Assembly: GCA_036278915.1 (NCBI GenBank)
Contig: DASUKB010000001.1
Location: 301,186-365,185, forward strand
DNA: 64,000 nucleotides
DNA from: Patescibacteria group bacterium
Lineage (GTDB): Bacteria; Patescibacteriota; Doudnabacteria; UBA920; O2-02-FULL-48-8
Reading direction: 5' to 3'
Of the stretch, positions 20,233-28,381 are shown piece by piece (positions within the stretch are counted from its first letter, which is position 1; the number at the start of each line of letters is the position of its first letter). The notes below the pieces were generated by a model. That model worked only from the letters and a program-made list of their open reading frames with translations, had not been told where the DNA came from and searched no databases. The position numbers and the translations under genes are program-made.

Positions 20233-20979
20233 TTATTTTTCCAAAAGTTTTTTGAGATATAAGGCATTATCGGCTGCGTAAGCATTGGCATCGTTATTGA
20301 AATAACAAAAAAGTTCTTTTGGCTTTAGATTTTTCAAAATTTTTGCCCAATCGCACAGCTCTTTATCCGTATAGTTTGATGCAAAAAGTTTGGTACGTCC
20401 ATGAAATCTCATGTAAACAAAATCAGCCGTACGAATAATCTTCGATGGCCACACAGGTGAATTGGTAATAACAAATGCCACTTTCCATTTTCGCAAAAAA
20501 ACATAAACCTCATCTTCAAACCAGCTTGGGTGCCGGAATTCGCAAGCCAATTTAAATTTAAGTTTATGCCTCTTTTCTAAGTCTCTGATTTGTTGGAACA
20601 AAAATTCTAGTCGATCTAGGTGTTTGCGGAAACTTGGCGGAAATTGGATCAGAATCGGGCCAAGTTTCCGCCCGAGTTTACCTGCATCGGCAAAAAACGC
20701 TTCCAGCGTCTCAATTTCCGTTGGACCAAAATTTAGTTTCTTTATGTGCGTAAACAGTCTATAAAATTTGAGTGTAAACAAAAATTCCGTAGGAGTTTCT
20801 TTTTTCCACTTCTCAAAAGTCGTAACGCGCGCCATATGGTAGAAAGTTGTATTCACCTCTACAGTTTTGAACTTTGACGAGAGGAATTTGAGCCAATTTT
20901 TCTTTGGCAAATCCAGCGGAAAAAACCGCTTGTTCCAGTGTTTGTACTGCCAGCCAGATGTGCCTACGTACGATTTCAT
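20233..20979 (-). CDS. DUF72 (YecE) family protein
   Basis: GTSGWQY, TVEVNTTFY, QFPPSF, EFRHPSW, YMRFHG, YFNND. Confidence 0.93.
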   Translation of the reverse strand: MKSYVGTSGWQYKHWNKRFFPLDLPKKNWLKFLSSKFKTVEVNTTFYHMARVTTFEKWKKETPTEFLFTLKFYRLFTHIKKLNFGPTEIETLEAFFADAGKLGRKLGPILIQFPPSFRKHLDRLEFLFQQIRDLEKRHKLKFKLACEFRHPSWFEDEVYVFLRKWKVAFVITNSPVWPSKIIRTADFVYMRFHGRTKLFASNYTDKELCDWAKILKNLKPKELFCYFNNDANAYAADNALYLKKLLEK

Positions 20980-21096
20980 AATCAAAAATTAATACCCAAA
21001 AAACCTAATTGCAATACGGCCTTTATCCAAAACTCTTGACAAAGCGAAAGCTTTCTGATAAACTCCTTTATTGTGTGCAGGAAAAAGGAGGCAGAA

Positions 21097-21357
21097 TTGG
21101 AAAATCCGTTAGGTAGCCGCAGTGACCACCAGCTCGATGCCGAAATTCGGATGGCAATCGAACTTAGCTCGGAATCCGACAGCGTATACCTGTCCCCATC
21201 CGCATTGGAAGGTCTCATGTCCCGCCCGCGCCGTGATAAGTTGATGGCTGCGTATTGCCTGGGCCGATTGCTGAGCAAACGCAACATCCCTTTTGGCGAT
21301 TTCTTGGTCCGTACGTACCCGATGGGCCAGGACATCCCATGCCGCTACCAAGCCTGA
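21097..21357 (+). CDS. Orphan hypothetical protein, 86 aa
   Basis: TTGACA-17-TAAACT promoter (about 21036-21064), AAGGAGG before TTG at 21097, terminator hairpin about 21373-21416. Confidence 0.6.
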   Translation: MENPLGSRSDHQLDAEIRMAIELSSESDSVYLSPSALEGLMSRPRRDKLMAAYCLGRLLSKRNIPFGDFLVRTYPMGQDIPCRYQA

Positions 21358-21422
21358 TTCTCCGTTCTACGAAGACCGGACAGCCCCGTTTTAAGAGCTG
21401 CCCGGTCATTTTTTTATGAAAT

Positions 21423-21715
21423 AAAAAAAGCCTGCCCGGAAAGCCGGACAGGCCCGAACGTAGTCCCCTACGGAAAATCTTGCGCCTTTTTCATGGGCGC
21501 GTCTCCAGTACCTTGCGGCACCTGAAGTGAGGGCATGAGAGGTCGTTTGCTCACGCCATCGAGGTTGAGGGACGAGCGGCTCACACGTGGCCGCAGGACG
21601 AGACCGACTGCGATCAGATGTTGCGCGACTGCAACCAAGGTGAGGTGCACTCGGGCGGACCACGGAGTCTCGACGTCATGAACGCCTCCGAACGAAACAT
21701 CCTCCATGAAATACA
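21423..21715 (-). ncRNA. Candidate structured ncRNA, about 290 nt
   Basis: TTGACA(21750-21745)-17-TAGACT promoter, chain of hairpins with G-U pairs and GCAA/GGGA tetraloops on the minus strand, terminator 21453-21423; no convincing ORF. Confidence 0.6.
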
Positions 21716-21775
21716 AGAGTAAGTCTAGCAGATATTTGCTCCCGTGTCAAGACCTCAGCCAATGAGCGCGCCTTT

Positions 21776-22051
21776 TTAGGCTCTTTCTATAAGTTTAAAG
21801 AACCTGCTGGTTTGGCCATCCGCGGTTTGGTCTTGGTACAAAAAAGCAAGGTTCTTATTATCAAATTCGTCAAAAAATTCATCCCAAGAAATGTCTTCCA
21901 GGCTTTCTTCGGCGTATCCTGGAAAATTAATCCTCAAAATCCCTTCATCCTGACCGGACCCGGTGCCTTTTACTCTGGCCGGCTTACCGTTGCGTTCTTC
22001 GGCCCAACGTTTAATTTCATCATGCTCGGTTGTAGTTTTTGATTCGGACAT
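21776..22051 (-). CDS. Small acidic conserved hypothetical protein
   Basis: TTTEHDEIKRWAEER.GKPARV...LRINFPG...ISWDEFF..FD...LAFLYQ pattern. Confidence 0.8.
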   Translation of the reverse strand: MSESKTTTEHDEIKRWAEERNGKPARVKGTGSGQDEGILRINFPGYAEESLEDISWDEFFDEFDNKNLAFLYQDQTADGQTSRFFKLIERA

Positions 22052-22236
22052 TATCGTGATTTCCTTTTGGGCACTTTGGCCCCAGCCTTTCGCGCTTCCG
22101 AAAGACCTATCGCTATAGCCTGCTTGCGGCTTTTGACCTTCTTGCCGGAACCGCCGGATTTAAGTTTCCCCTTCTTCATCTCGTGCAGGGCTCTACCGAC
22201 TTTTTTCTGGGCCTTAGGACCGTACTTTCTTGGCAT
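22051..22236 (-). CDS. DUF6496-like small basic protein
   Basis: HEMKKGKLKSG.SGKKVKSRKQAIAIGLSEAR. Confidence 0.85.
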   Translation of the reverse strand: MPRKYGPKAQKKVGRALHEMKKGKLKSGGSGKKVKSRKQAIAIGLSEARKAGAKVPKRKSR

Positions 22237-22331
22237 AAGTTTTTAATTAATTACATCTATAGTAAACTTGGCAATTACAATCGGCGCAATTGTATTTTTG
22301 CCTAAAATAAGCTAAGATAAACCGTAAACGG

Positions 22332-22406
22332 TGGGGAGTAGCCAAGCGGTAAGGCAATGGACTCTGAATCCATCACGCGAAGGTTCGAATCCTTCCTCCC
22401 CAGCCA
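22332..22406 (+). tRNA. tRNA-Gln(CTG)
   Basis: tggggag acceptor stem, D-arm gccaagcggtaaggc, anticodon arm atgga-ctCTGaa-tccat, GTTCGAATC T-loop, encoded CCA. Confidence 0.96.
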
Positions 22407-22570
22407 AAAAAGAACCAATAAAGTTTCAATGAAGGATTCGAACGGGTTGAAGTGAGGCAAGGCTAAAGCCGCAGCCGAACGTCGGCAAAATGTGCTGTGC
22501 ACATTTTGACGCAACCCTGTCGGAGCCGCATAAGCGGCGAAGCGAGGATCCTTCCTCCCCAGCCAAAAAA
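22407..22570. repeat. tRNA-linked mini element with duplicated tRNA 3' end
   Basis: 23-bp direct repeat atccttcctccccagccaaaaaa at 22389-22411 and 22548-22570; inverted T-arm copy at 22431-22443. Confidence 0.8.
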
Positions 22571-22588
22571 TTAAATTAATCTATTTCT

Positions 22589-22858
22589 ATGTTTGATAAT
22601 CTCAAAGACTTATACAATTTGCGCAAGCAGGCCTCGGAAATGGAAAAGCAGCTCTCGGCCGAGCGCGTGGAAGGCCAGTCCAACAACGGCCTGGTGCGCA
22701 TCGTTATAAACGGCAAACACGATCTGCTGGAAGTACAAATTGCCGATACCCCAAATTATGACCGCAAGACCATGGCTGAAAGCTTCAAGGAAGCCCACGC
22801 TAAGGCATCTGGCGCACTGCAGAAAATTCTGGTAGAAAAATTCAAAGGAATGATATAA
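22589..22858 (+). CDS. YbaB/EbfC family nucleoid-associated protein
   Basis: MFDNLKDLYNLRKQA.EMEKQL.AERVEG..NGLVRIVING. Confidence 0.85.
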   Translation: MFDNLKDLYNLRKQASEMEKQLSAERVEGQSNNGLVRIVINGKHDLLEVQIADTPNYDRKTMAESFKEAHAKASGALQKILVEKFKGMI

Positions 22859-22967
22859 AAAATTCCGCAGAAGCGGAATTTTTAATTTCTAAACCTTAAC
22901 TCCTAATTACTAAACTTTAGAAATTACCTGCCCGACTGCCGTCAGGCGGGCGGGGGTCAATTAGTAA

Positions 22968-23480
22968 TTAGGACTTTTTATATGATTTATAGGTTTCTTC
23001 CAGTTCCTTGATAGCGCTCTCTTTACCCGCAAATCCTTTAATCTCTACTTTTTTGCCCTGTAATGCTTTGTAAGTTTCAAAAAAGTTTTGGATTTCTTTT
23101 GGCGTGTGCTCCGACAAATCTTTAAAGTCACTCACGTTGTTGAAGCGCGGATCTTTGACCGGCACAGCAAGAATTTTGTTGTCTACTTCGCCGGAATCCA
23201 CCATTTCCATTATCCCGATCGGCCTAGCCACTACAATAGTTGCGGAAGGAATCGGATTGGTTGAGAAAAGCAGCACATCCGTGTGGTCGCCGTCAGCTGC
23301 ACGAGTCTCCGGCACAAAGCCATAGTTTGCCGGGTATCTTTGGGCGCCGTAAAGCACGCGGTCTAATTTTATAACGTCCAGTTCTTCGTCATATTCGTAC
23401 TTGTCTTGGCTTCCTTGCGGAATCTCAATTACTACATTGAATTCTTCCGCGGTTCCAAAAGGTAATTCTTTTATATTCAT
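22968..23480 (-). CDS. ppa: Inorganic pyrophosphatase (family I)
   Basis: VIEIP.GS..KYEYD, YPANYGFVP.T...DGDHTDV, FFETYK. Confidence 0.95.
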   Translation of the reverse strand: MNIKELPFGTAEEFNVVIEIPQGSQDKYEYDEELDVIKLDRVLYGAQRYPANYGFVPETRAADGDHTDVLLFSTNPIPSATIVVARPIGIMEMVDSGEVDNKILAVPVKDPRFNNVSDFKDLSEHTPKEIQNFFETYKALQGKKVEIKGFAGKESAIKELEETYKSYKKS

Positions 23481-23570
23481 ATGTCTTGGTTAATGCTTGA
23501 GTATTATAATCAAAATTCGGCACCTTGCAAAGGCCGTTGACGATTAAGTCGTTATATGCTAAACTAGGCA

Positions 23571-23784
23571 TACATCGGGCGTTCGCAGGAGGAGATTGTG
23601 TGTGCAGGCACGTCGTGTGCCAACGTATGGATGGTGCCGCACGACCACTGCGGCAGCGTTGCTGGTGCCTAGATCCACGGCCAGACCGGGCGGGAAATTC
23701 CATCCCCGCTGCCCGTAGCTGCATAAAAGCTGCACACCTTCGTTCCCTTTTGAGCCTAGAATCTAAAATTCTGGGCTCTTTTTT
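23571..23784 (+). ncRNA. Candidate multi-branch structured ncRNA, about 215 nt
   Basis: TTGACG(23537-42)-17-TAAACT promoter; closing helix 23600-07/23730-37 encloses 4-5 hairpins; terminator 23752-23784. Confidence 0.6.
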
Positions 23785-24913
23785 ATGCCACGGATTCTAT
23801 AATCCCGCCTCCGAGCAGCTCGTCACCATCATAAATGACTGCAGCCTGGCCGGGCGTAATCGCGCGCTGCGGCTCATCAAACTTAATTCGTAGTTTTTCT
23901 TTTGTAACCCGTCCAATGTTCGCAGGATAATCAGGATGATGATATCGGATGGAAACACCGGTGTTCAACGGTAGTTTAGGTTCTTCATTTGTCCAGGTGA
24001 CGCCAGTTATCGTAAACTCTTTTTTCCAAAGCAAGGGATCTGCTTTGTCATTGGTCACGATCAATTTATTTGCGGCGAAATCTTTGCCTGCCACGTAGTA
24101 AGGGCCGCTCCCGCCCAAACCTATACCTTCTCGTTGGCCGATCGTATAAAATGGCAGGCCGGTATGGCTTCCTAGCAGCTGACCGCTAGTGGTGACGATT
24201 TCTCCGGCGTGGGCTTTGACGTGCTCCTTCAAAAATTCCGTGACATTTATCTTGCCTATGAAGCAAATGCCCTGCGAATCTTTTTTGGCGGCATTGGGCA
24301 AATGGAATGCGGCAGCCAGCTTCCGGACTTCCGATTTCGGCAAGTGGCCAATTGGAAACAAAATTCTAGATAACTGCTTTTGGGTCAGCGTGTATAGAAA
24401 ATAGCTTTGGTCCTTTGCAGGATCAATCCCTTTGAGCAACATATAATTAACACGTACATTTTTTCCCTCTCCCCTTGCGGGAGAGGGTGGCCGAAGGTCG
24501 GGTGAGGGGGTACCTTTTATTCTGGCATAATGCCCGGTGGCCACAAAGTCTGCACCAAGTTCCAAGGCTTTATCTAAAAATACCTTAAATTTGATTTCGG
24601 AATTGCACATTACGTCCGGGTTGGGTGTGCGGCCGGCCTCGTACTCGCGTAAAAAATATTCCACCACTGAATCGTAATATTCTTTTTCAAAATTCCAGAC
24701 GTAAAAAGGAATCCCCAATTGAATCGCAACCTTGCGCGCGTCTTCGGCATCTTCAGCCCATGTACAGCCGTAATTGCCAAAATTCTCTGACCAGTTCTTC
24801 ATAAACACGCCCACGACATCAAAGCCCTGCTTTTGGAGCAGGGCTGCGGTGACGGACGAGTCTACCCCTCCCGACATGCCCACAACAACTGTCTTTTTTC
24901 TTATCTTTGACAT
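23783..24913 (-). CDS. mnmA: tRNA 2-thiouridine synthase MnmA
   Basis: GMSGGVDSS, TPNPDVMCN, ATGHYA, KDQSYFL, DSQGICF, TPGQ; start MSKIRK at 24913. Confidence 0.96.
   Translation of the reverse strand: MSKIRKKTVVVGMSGGVDSSVTAALLQKQGFDVVGVFMKNWSENFGNYGCTWAEDAEDARKVAIQLGIPFYVWNFEKEYYDSVVEYFLREYEAGRTPNPDVMCNSEIKFKVFLDKALELGADFVATGHYARIKGTPSPDLRPPSPARGEGKNVRVNYMLLKGIDPAKDQSYFLYTLTQKQLSRILFPIGHLPKSEVRKLAAAFHLPNAAKKDSQGICFIGKINVTEFLKEHVKAHAGEIVTTSGQLLGSHTGLPFYTIGQREGIGLGGSGPYYVAGKDFAANKLIVTNDKADPLLWKKEFTITGVTWTNEEPKLPLNTGVSIRYHHPDYPANIGRVTKEKLRIKFDEPQRAITPGQAAVIYDGDELLGGGIIESVA
24465..24510. repeat. REP-like palindromic element inserted in frame in mnmA
   Basis: ccctctccc-cttgc-gggagaggg...gggtgagggg; related intergenic copies at about 32128-32166 and 35138-35179. 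Confidence 0.75.
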
Positions 24914-25086
24914 CAAGCAATTATACTTAATTCTTATGAATACAACAAGGCAGGAGGTTACAGAAGCGAGCCCTGGCGGCAAACTAACTTGCGGACCGCG
25001 ACCCGGCGGGAGCAAGTAGGCCGAAAATTCAGCAGAATTTTACGGCCGGTAGTTTGCCGATTCAGAGCGAGCTTCATTTAAATTAA

Positions 25087-26937
25087 TTAAAATTTAACTG
25101 TATCGCCAGGAGCGAGCGAGCCTGTCTGCGGTTCTTCTTTATGCAGGCGCTTAATTTCTTTGGGAATTTCCGCCGGTGCCGGTGGGGTGAGCTCCACTTC
25201 ATCTGCTACTTTTGGGATCGGTTCCGAGGCCGCTACAACTTTAGGAGTTTGTTTGAGCCTATCTTGGATGTTGTGGCTTAAGTTTTCCAAAGCCTTGGTG
25301 TTTTCCTCCATTCGTTCCTTAAGTTTTTCTGCGGAAAGCTTGTTGGCTGTGTCCCAGACCGGATTCTCTCGGCGTGGTTTGTCTCCAGCGCGCCTGCCAG
25401 GATTATTTGTCGCCGGTTGAGCGCGGCGTTCCAGTTCCAGTCGTTTGGGATTTTGACGGTGTTCTTTCGGATCGTAAATTTTTACTGGAGGCTTTCGTTC
25501 CGGACTTCTGGCGCTCCTAGGCGCAAGCGGCGCAGCTGCGCGAATTGCGGCCGAGGGTCCGGTGGTGGTGCGATGCTCGAAGCGCAAATTTTCTTGCATA
25601 TCCTCGGCTTCGGCTGATTCGGATTCAATTTTAGCAGCTTCTGCGTGGAACTCGGCACCCATCCACTTGTTGATTTTTTCTTCCACAATTGCCCGCTGTG
25701 TGCCGTAGCGTTCGCGCGACACGGCTATAACTTTTTGTTCGTTTCCCGTGCGTTCATGTATAGGCGCCAGTGTCTGCGCTGAGAACGGATTTGAAGTCAC
25801 CCCATTGATAAGCAATTTCAAATATATAGAATATTGAGACAAATTTACGAGATCATTCATGGTGTACGTCGGCTCAAATTCCTTTTCCAAGAATTCGGCG
25901 TCGTCCGCGCCGACGCGGAAGATGATCATAGTGCCTACGTTACCAAAAATTGCGTCGCGCACGATGGTGTTGCGATCATGCACGAGTTGGCCAATGTACT
26001 GGTGTGCGACTATAAGGTTGAGCCGAAATTTACGCGCTTCGGAGAGAATGTTGGCAAATGATTCCGTGGCAAAGTTTTGGAATTCATCAACATAAAGATA
26101 AAAATCCGCGCGCTCTTCTTCTGGTATGTCCACTCGGCTCATGGCCGCAAGCTGCAATCTGGTGATAATCATAGCGCCCAAAAGCGCGGATGCATCCTCG
26201 CCAATGCGTCCCTTAGACAGGTTCACGAGCAGAATTTTTTTGTTATCCATAATCTCGCGCAGATCAATGGCGCTTTTTGTCTGCCCGACGATGTTGCGGA
26301 TAATTGCCGAAGACAAAAATTGCCCGACTTTGTTTTGGATTGGCGCCACGGCCTCGCTTCGGAACTTGTCCTGGTAGTTGGCAAACTCGTCGCGCCAGAA
26401 CGACTTCACCACCGGGTCTTTGATATTATCCACAATGCGCTTGCGGTAGTTTTTGTCCACATACATGCGTGCAATGCCAAGCATTGTATTGCCGGGCGAG
26501 TCCAGCAAGGCCAATATCGTATTGGCCAAAATGTATTCCATACGCGCGCTCCACACACCAGCCCAGATTTTGGTGAATACGCCCATAAGTCCCGACGCCA
26601 CCAAGTGCTTGTATTTTTCATCCACGGTCTCAAGCGGATTGAACGCAATCGGGTACTCCATATCCGCGGGGTTAAAGTAAATGACGTCATTAACGCGGTT
26701 GGACGGAATAAAGTCCAGAATTTTTTCCACGGAATCGCCGTGCGGATCCACAAACGCCACGCCGTGGCCGTTGCGGATATCTTGGATGACCATGTTTTCT
26801 ATAAGAGTTGTTTTGCCCATGCCGGATTTGCCCATTACGTACATATGGCGGCGGCGGTCTTCGCGCTTAATGCCAAAAGGCACTTCGCGGTTGCGGAAGT
26901 TAGTTTTGGCAAAAATAGTTATATCGTTTTGTTCCAT
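25087..26937 (-). CDS. VirB4/VirD4/HerA-like P-loop ATPase (T4SS DNA-binding domain type)
   Basis: RRRHMYVMGKSGMGKT, DPHGD, LYVDEFQNF, SEARKF, AHQY; low-complexity C-terminal tail. Confidence 0.88.
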   Translation of the reverse strand: MEQNDITIFAKTNFRNREVPFGIKREDRRRHMYVMGKSGMGKTTLIENMVIQDIRNGHGVAFVDPHGDSVEKILDFIPSNRVNDVIYFNPADMEYPIAFNPLETVDEKYKHLVASGLMGVFTKIWAGVWSARMEYILANTILALLDSPGNTMLGIARMYVDKNYRKRIVDNIKDPVVKSFWRDEFANYQDKFRSEAVAPIQNKVGQFLSSAIIRNIVGQTKSAIDLREIMDNKKILLVNLSKGRIGEDASALLGAMIITRLQLAAMSRVDIPEEERADFYLYVDEFQNFATESFANILSEARKFRLNLIVAHQYIGQLVHDRNTIVRDAIFGNVGTMIIFRVGADDAEFLEKEFEPTYTMNDLVNLSQYSIYLKLLINGVTSNPFSAQTLAPIHERTGNEQKVIAVSRERYGTQRAIVEEKINKWMGAEFHAEAAKIESESAEAEDMQENLRFEHRTTTGPSAAIRAAAPLAPRSARSPERKPPVKIYDPKEHRQNPKRLELERRAQPATNNPGRRAGDKPRRENPVWDTANKLSAEKLKERMEENTKALENLSHNIQDRLKQTPKVVAASEPIPKVADEVELTPPAPAEIPKEIKRLHKEEPQTGSLAPGDTVKF

Positions 26938-27049
26938 AATCCTACAGTTCTACGAACTTACGAAATTGCGAACCTACAACAGTCCGTCCGCCTGCCATGA
27001 CTGGCAATGTCGGGCAGGTAGGTTCCTTTTTTCGTACTTTCGTGGATTA

Positions 27050-28369
27050 TTATCCAACGGGTAAATTACTTGGCGGTGCGCTCTTCACGGTCTGCACGCG
27101 TTCCACCTGCGAAATGCGCACATTCGGCGCCTGCGGGAAGTGATAAAGCGTGGCCAGCTCTTCGGTGTTCATGTAAAATTGTCCGGAACCCTTCCACGCG
27201 TCACGGCCTATGAAGTTGGCTAGGAAGTGCCGTTTGCGTGTGAGGGTACGCTTGCGCAATATCGGCTGTTCCAGGGTTTGCGAAAGCTTAAACGATGCGT
27301 CAGTCCAACTATGGGTCAAGTCCGGTTTAAGTCCATTAATGGAACGGTCTCCGAAATGCCGGTAAGCTCCAATAAGTTCGGAAATGCGCAGGGCTTTGTT
27401 CAGTCGGCCTTTGGGAGTTAAGTACAATAATCGGATATGCGTTTCATAATTAAGCTTGGACATGGAATGCTCTAAAGCGGCTATAACCTGTTTTTCACCT
27501 TCTGACAAATACTGCATCAAGCTCGGCGGCGCTTCTTTTTCCATCTTTTTCTCGTGTTCGGCTGGGCCGGCAAAGAGCGCAAATAACCCGTCAAAAATCG
27601 CGTTTATGGGTCCCACTAAAATCATCTCAAATAAACCGGGCGGTTTATGCTTTTCTGGCGCACCCTTAAGTTTTTGTAAAATATGATCTGCTTCTTTTTT
27701 CCAATCCTCGGTTACGGGCTTTATCACTATCTGCGAAGCCAGAAGTTCATACGGCTCGATGTTGGACATTGCTTCTATAACACCTGCCAGCGGATCGATA
27801 AATGTGTCCTGCTCTTTGTGCTCAAATCCCGGGTAAGTCTTTATGGGAAACGCGCTTTGAGTGCCCTGCTTGATCTTATTCAGCTGGGTGCCCCAAAAAT
27901 CAAAGTCCGCGGTTTCTGGGTCGTAGTGGTGGCGCGGCAAATTTTTGAGATAATCCTCTACTTCGTAGATCTCGGCTTTAGGATACTGGGCAAAAATCGC
28001 GGATTCAAGCAAAGTCCGGTATCGTTCAGGTAAACGGAAAATATACGAAACTCGTCCGCCCAAAGACACGATTTCGCACGAAATAGACAGGACAATTTTA
28101 CCTGCGAACTGTTCGCCCCAACTGGCGCCTGAATGCATGGCGTGGAGAGAGGTAAAAATCTGCTCCATGGCGAAAGGACTCCGCTCGTTGAGTTCGTCAA
28201 TTTTAACCTCCAGCAAAATCCATTTGATGGCCGAGGCGTATTTTTCGATATTGGAAAGCTTCTTGACCTGGTACAGCAGCCAGATGAGCGCGCCAACAAA
28301 AAAGATCCAACCATAAAAGTCAATCAAAATTACGCCCATATAATGCAGGAGGTCTGTCAACATATTCAT
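27050..28369 (-). CDS. Membrane-anchored partner of the VirB4-like ATPase
   Basis: N-terminal TM, AMEQIF..LH, IFAQYP.AEI.EV.DY, MNTEELATLYHFP, APP.NLP. Confidence 0.75.
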   Translation of the reverse strand: MNMLTDLLHYMGVILIDFYGWIFFVGALIWLLYQVKKLSNIEKYASAIKWILLEVKIDELNERSPFAMEQIFTSLHAMHSGASWGEQFAGKIVLSISCEIVSLGGRVSYIFRLPERYRTLLESAIFAQYPKAEIYEVEDYLKNLPRHHYDPETADFDFWGTQLNKIKQGTQSAFPIKTYPGFEHKEQDTFIDPLAGVIEAMSNIEPYELLASQIVIKPVTEDWKKEADHILQKLKGAPEKHKPPGLFEMILVGPINAIFDGLFALFAGPAEHEKKMEKEAPPSLMQYLSEGEKQVIAALEHSMSKLNYETHIRLLYLTPKGRLNKALRISELIGAYRHFGDRSINGLKPDLTHSWTDASFKLSQTLEQPILRKRTLTRKRHFLANFIGRDAWKGSGQFYMNTEELATLYHFPQAPNVRISQVERVQTVKSAPPSNLPVG

Positions 28370-28381
28370 AGAAATTTTAAA

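Noticed and set aside
21406-21716. 82-aa and 85-aa minus-strand ORFs
   Set aside because: No recognisable motifs or SD; one runs through the terminator; the region is dominated by hairpins
22389-22570. attL/attR of an integrated island at tRNA-Gln
   Set aside because: Repeats are only 159 bp apart with no coding capacity; kept as a miniature element instead
23525-23893. 122-aa plus-strand ORF
   Set aside because: Starts upstream of the promoter, runs through the terminator into antisense mnmA; RNA structure explains the region better
26077-27000. 307-aa plus-strand ORF (likewise 8710-9477 and 37633-38541)
   Set aside because: Antisense shadows of well-supported genes
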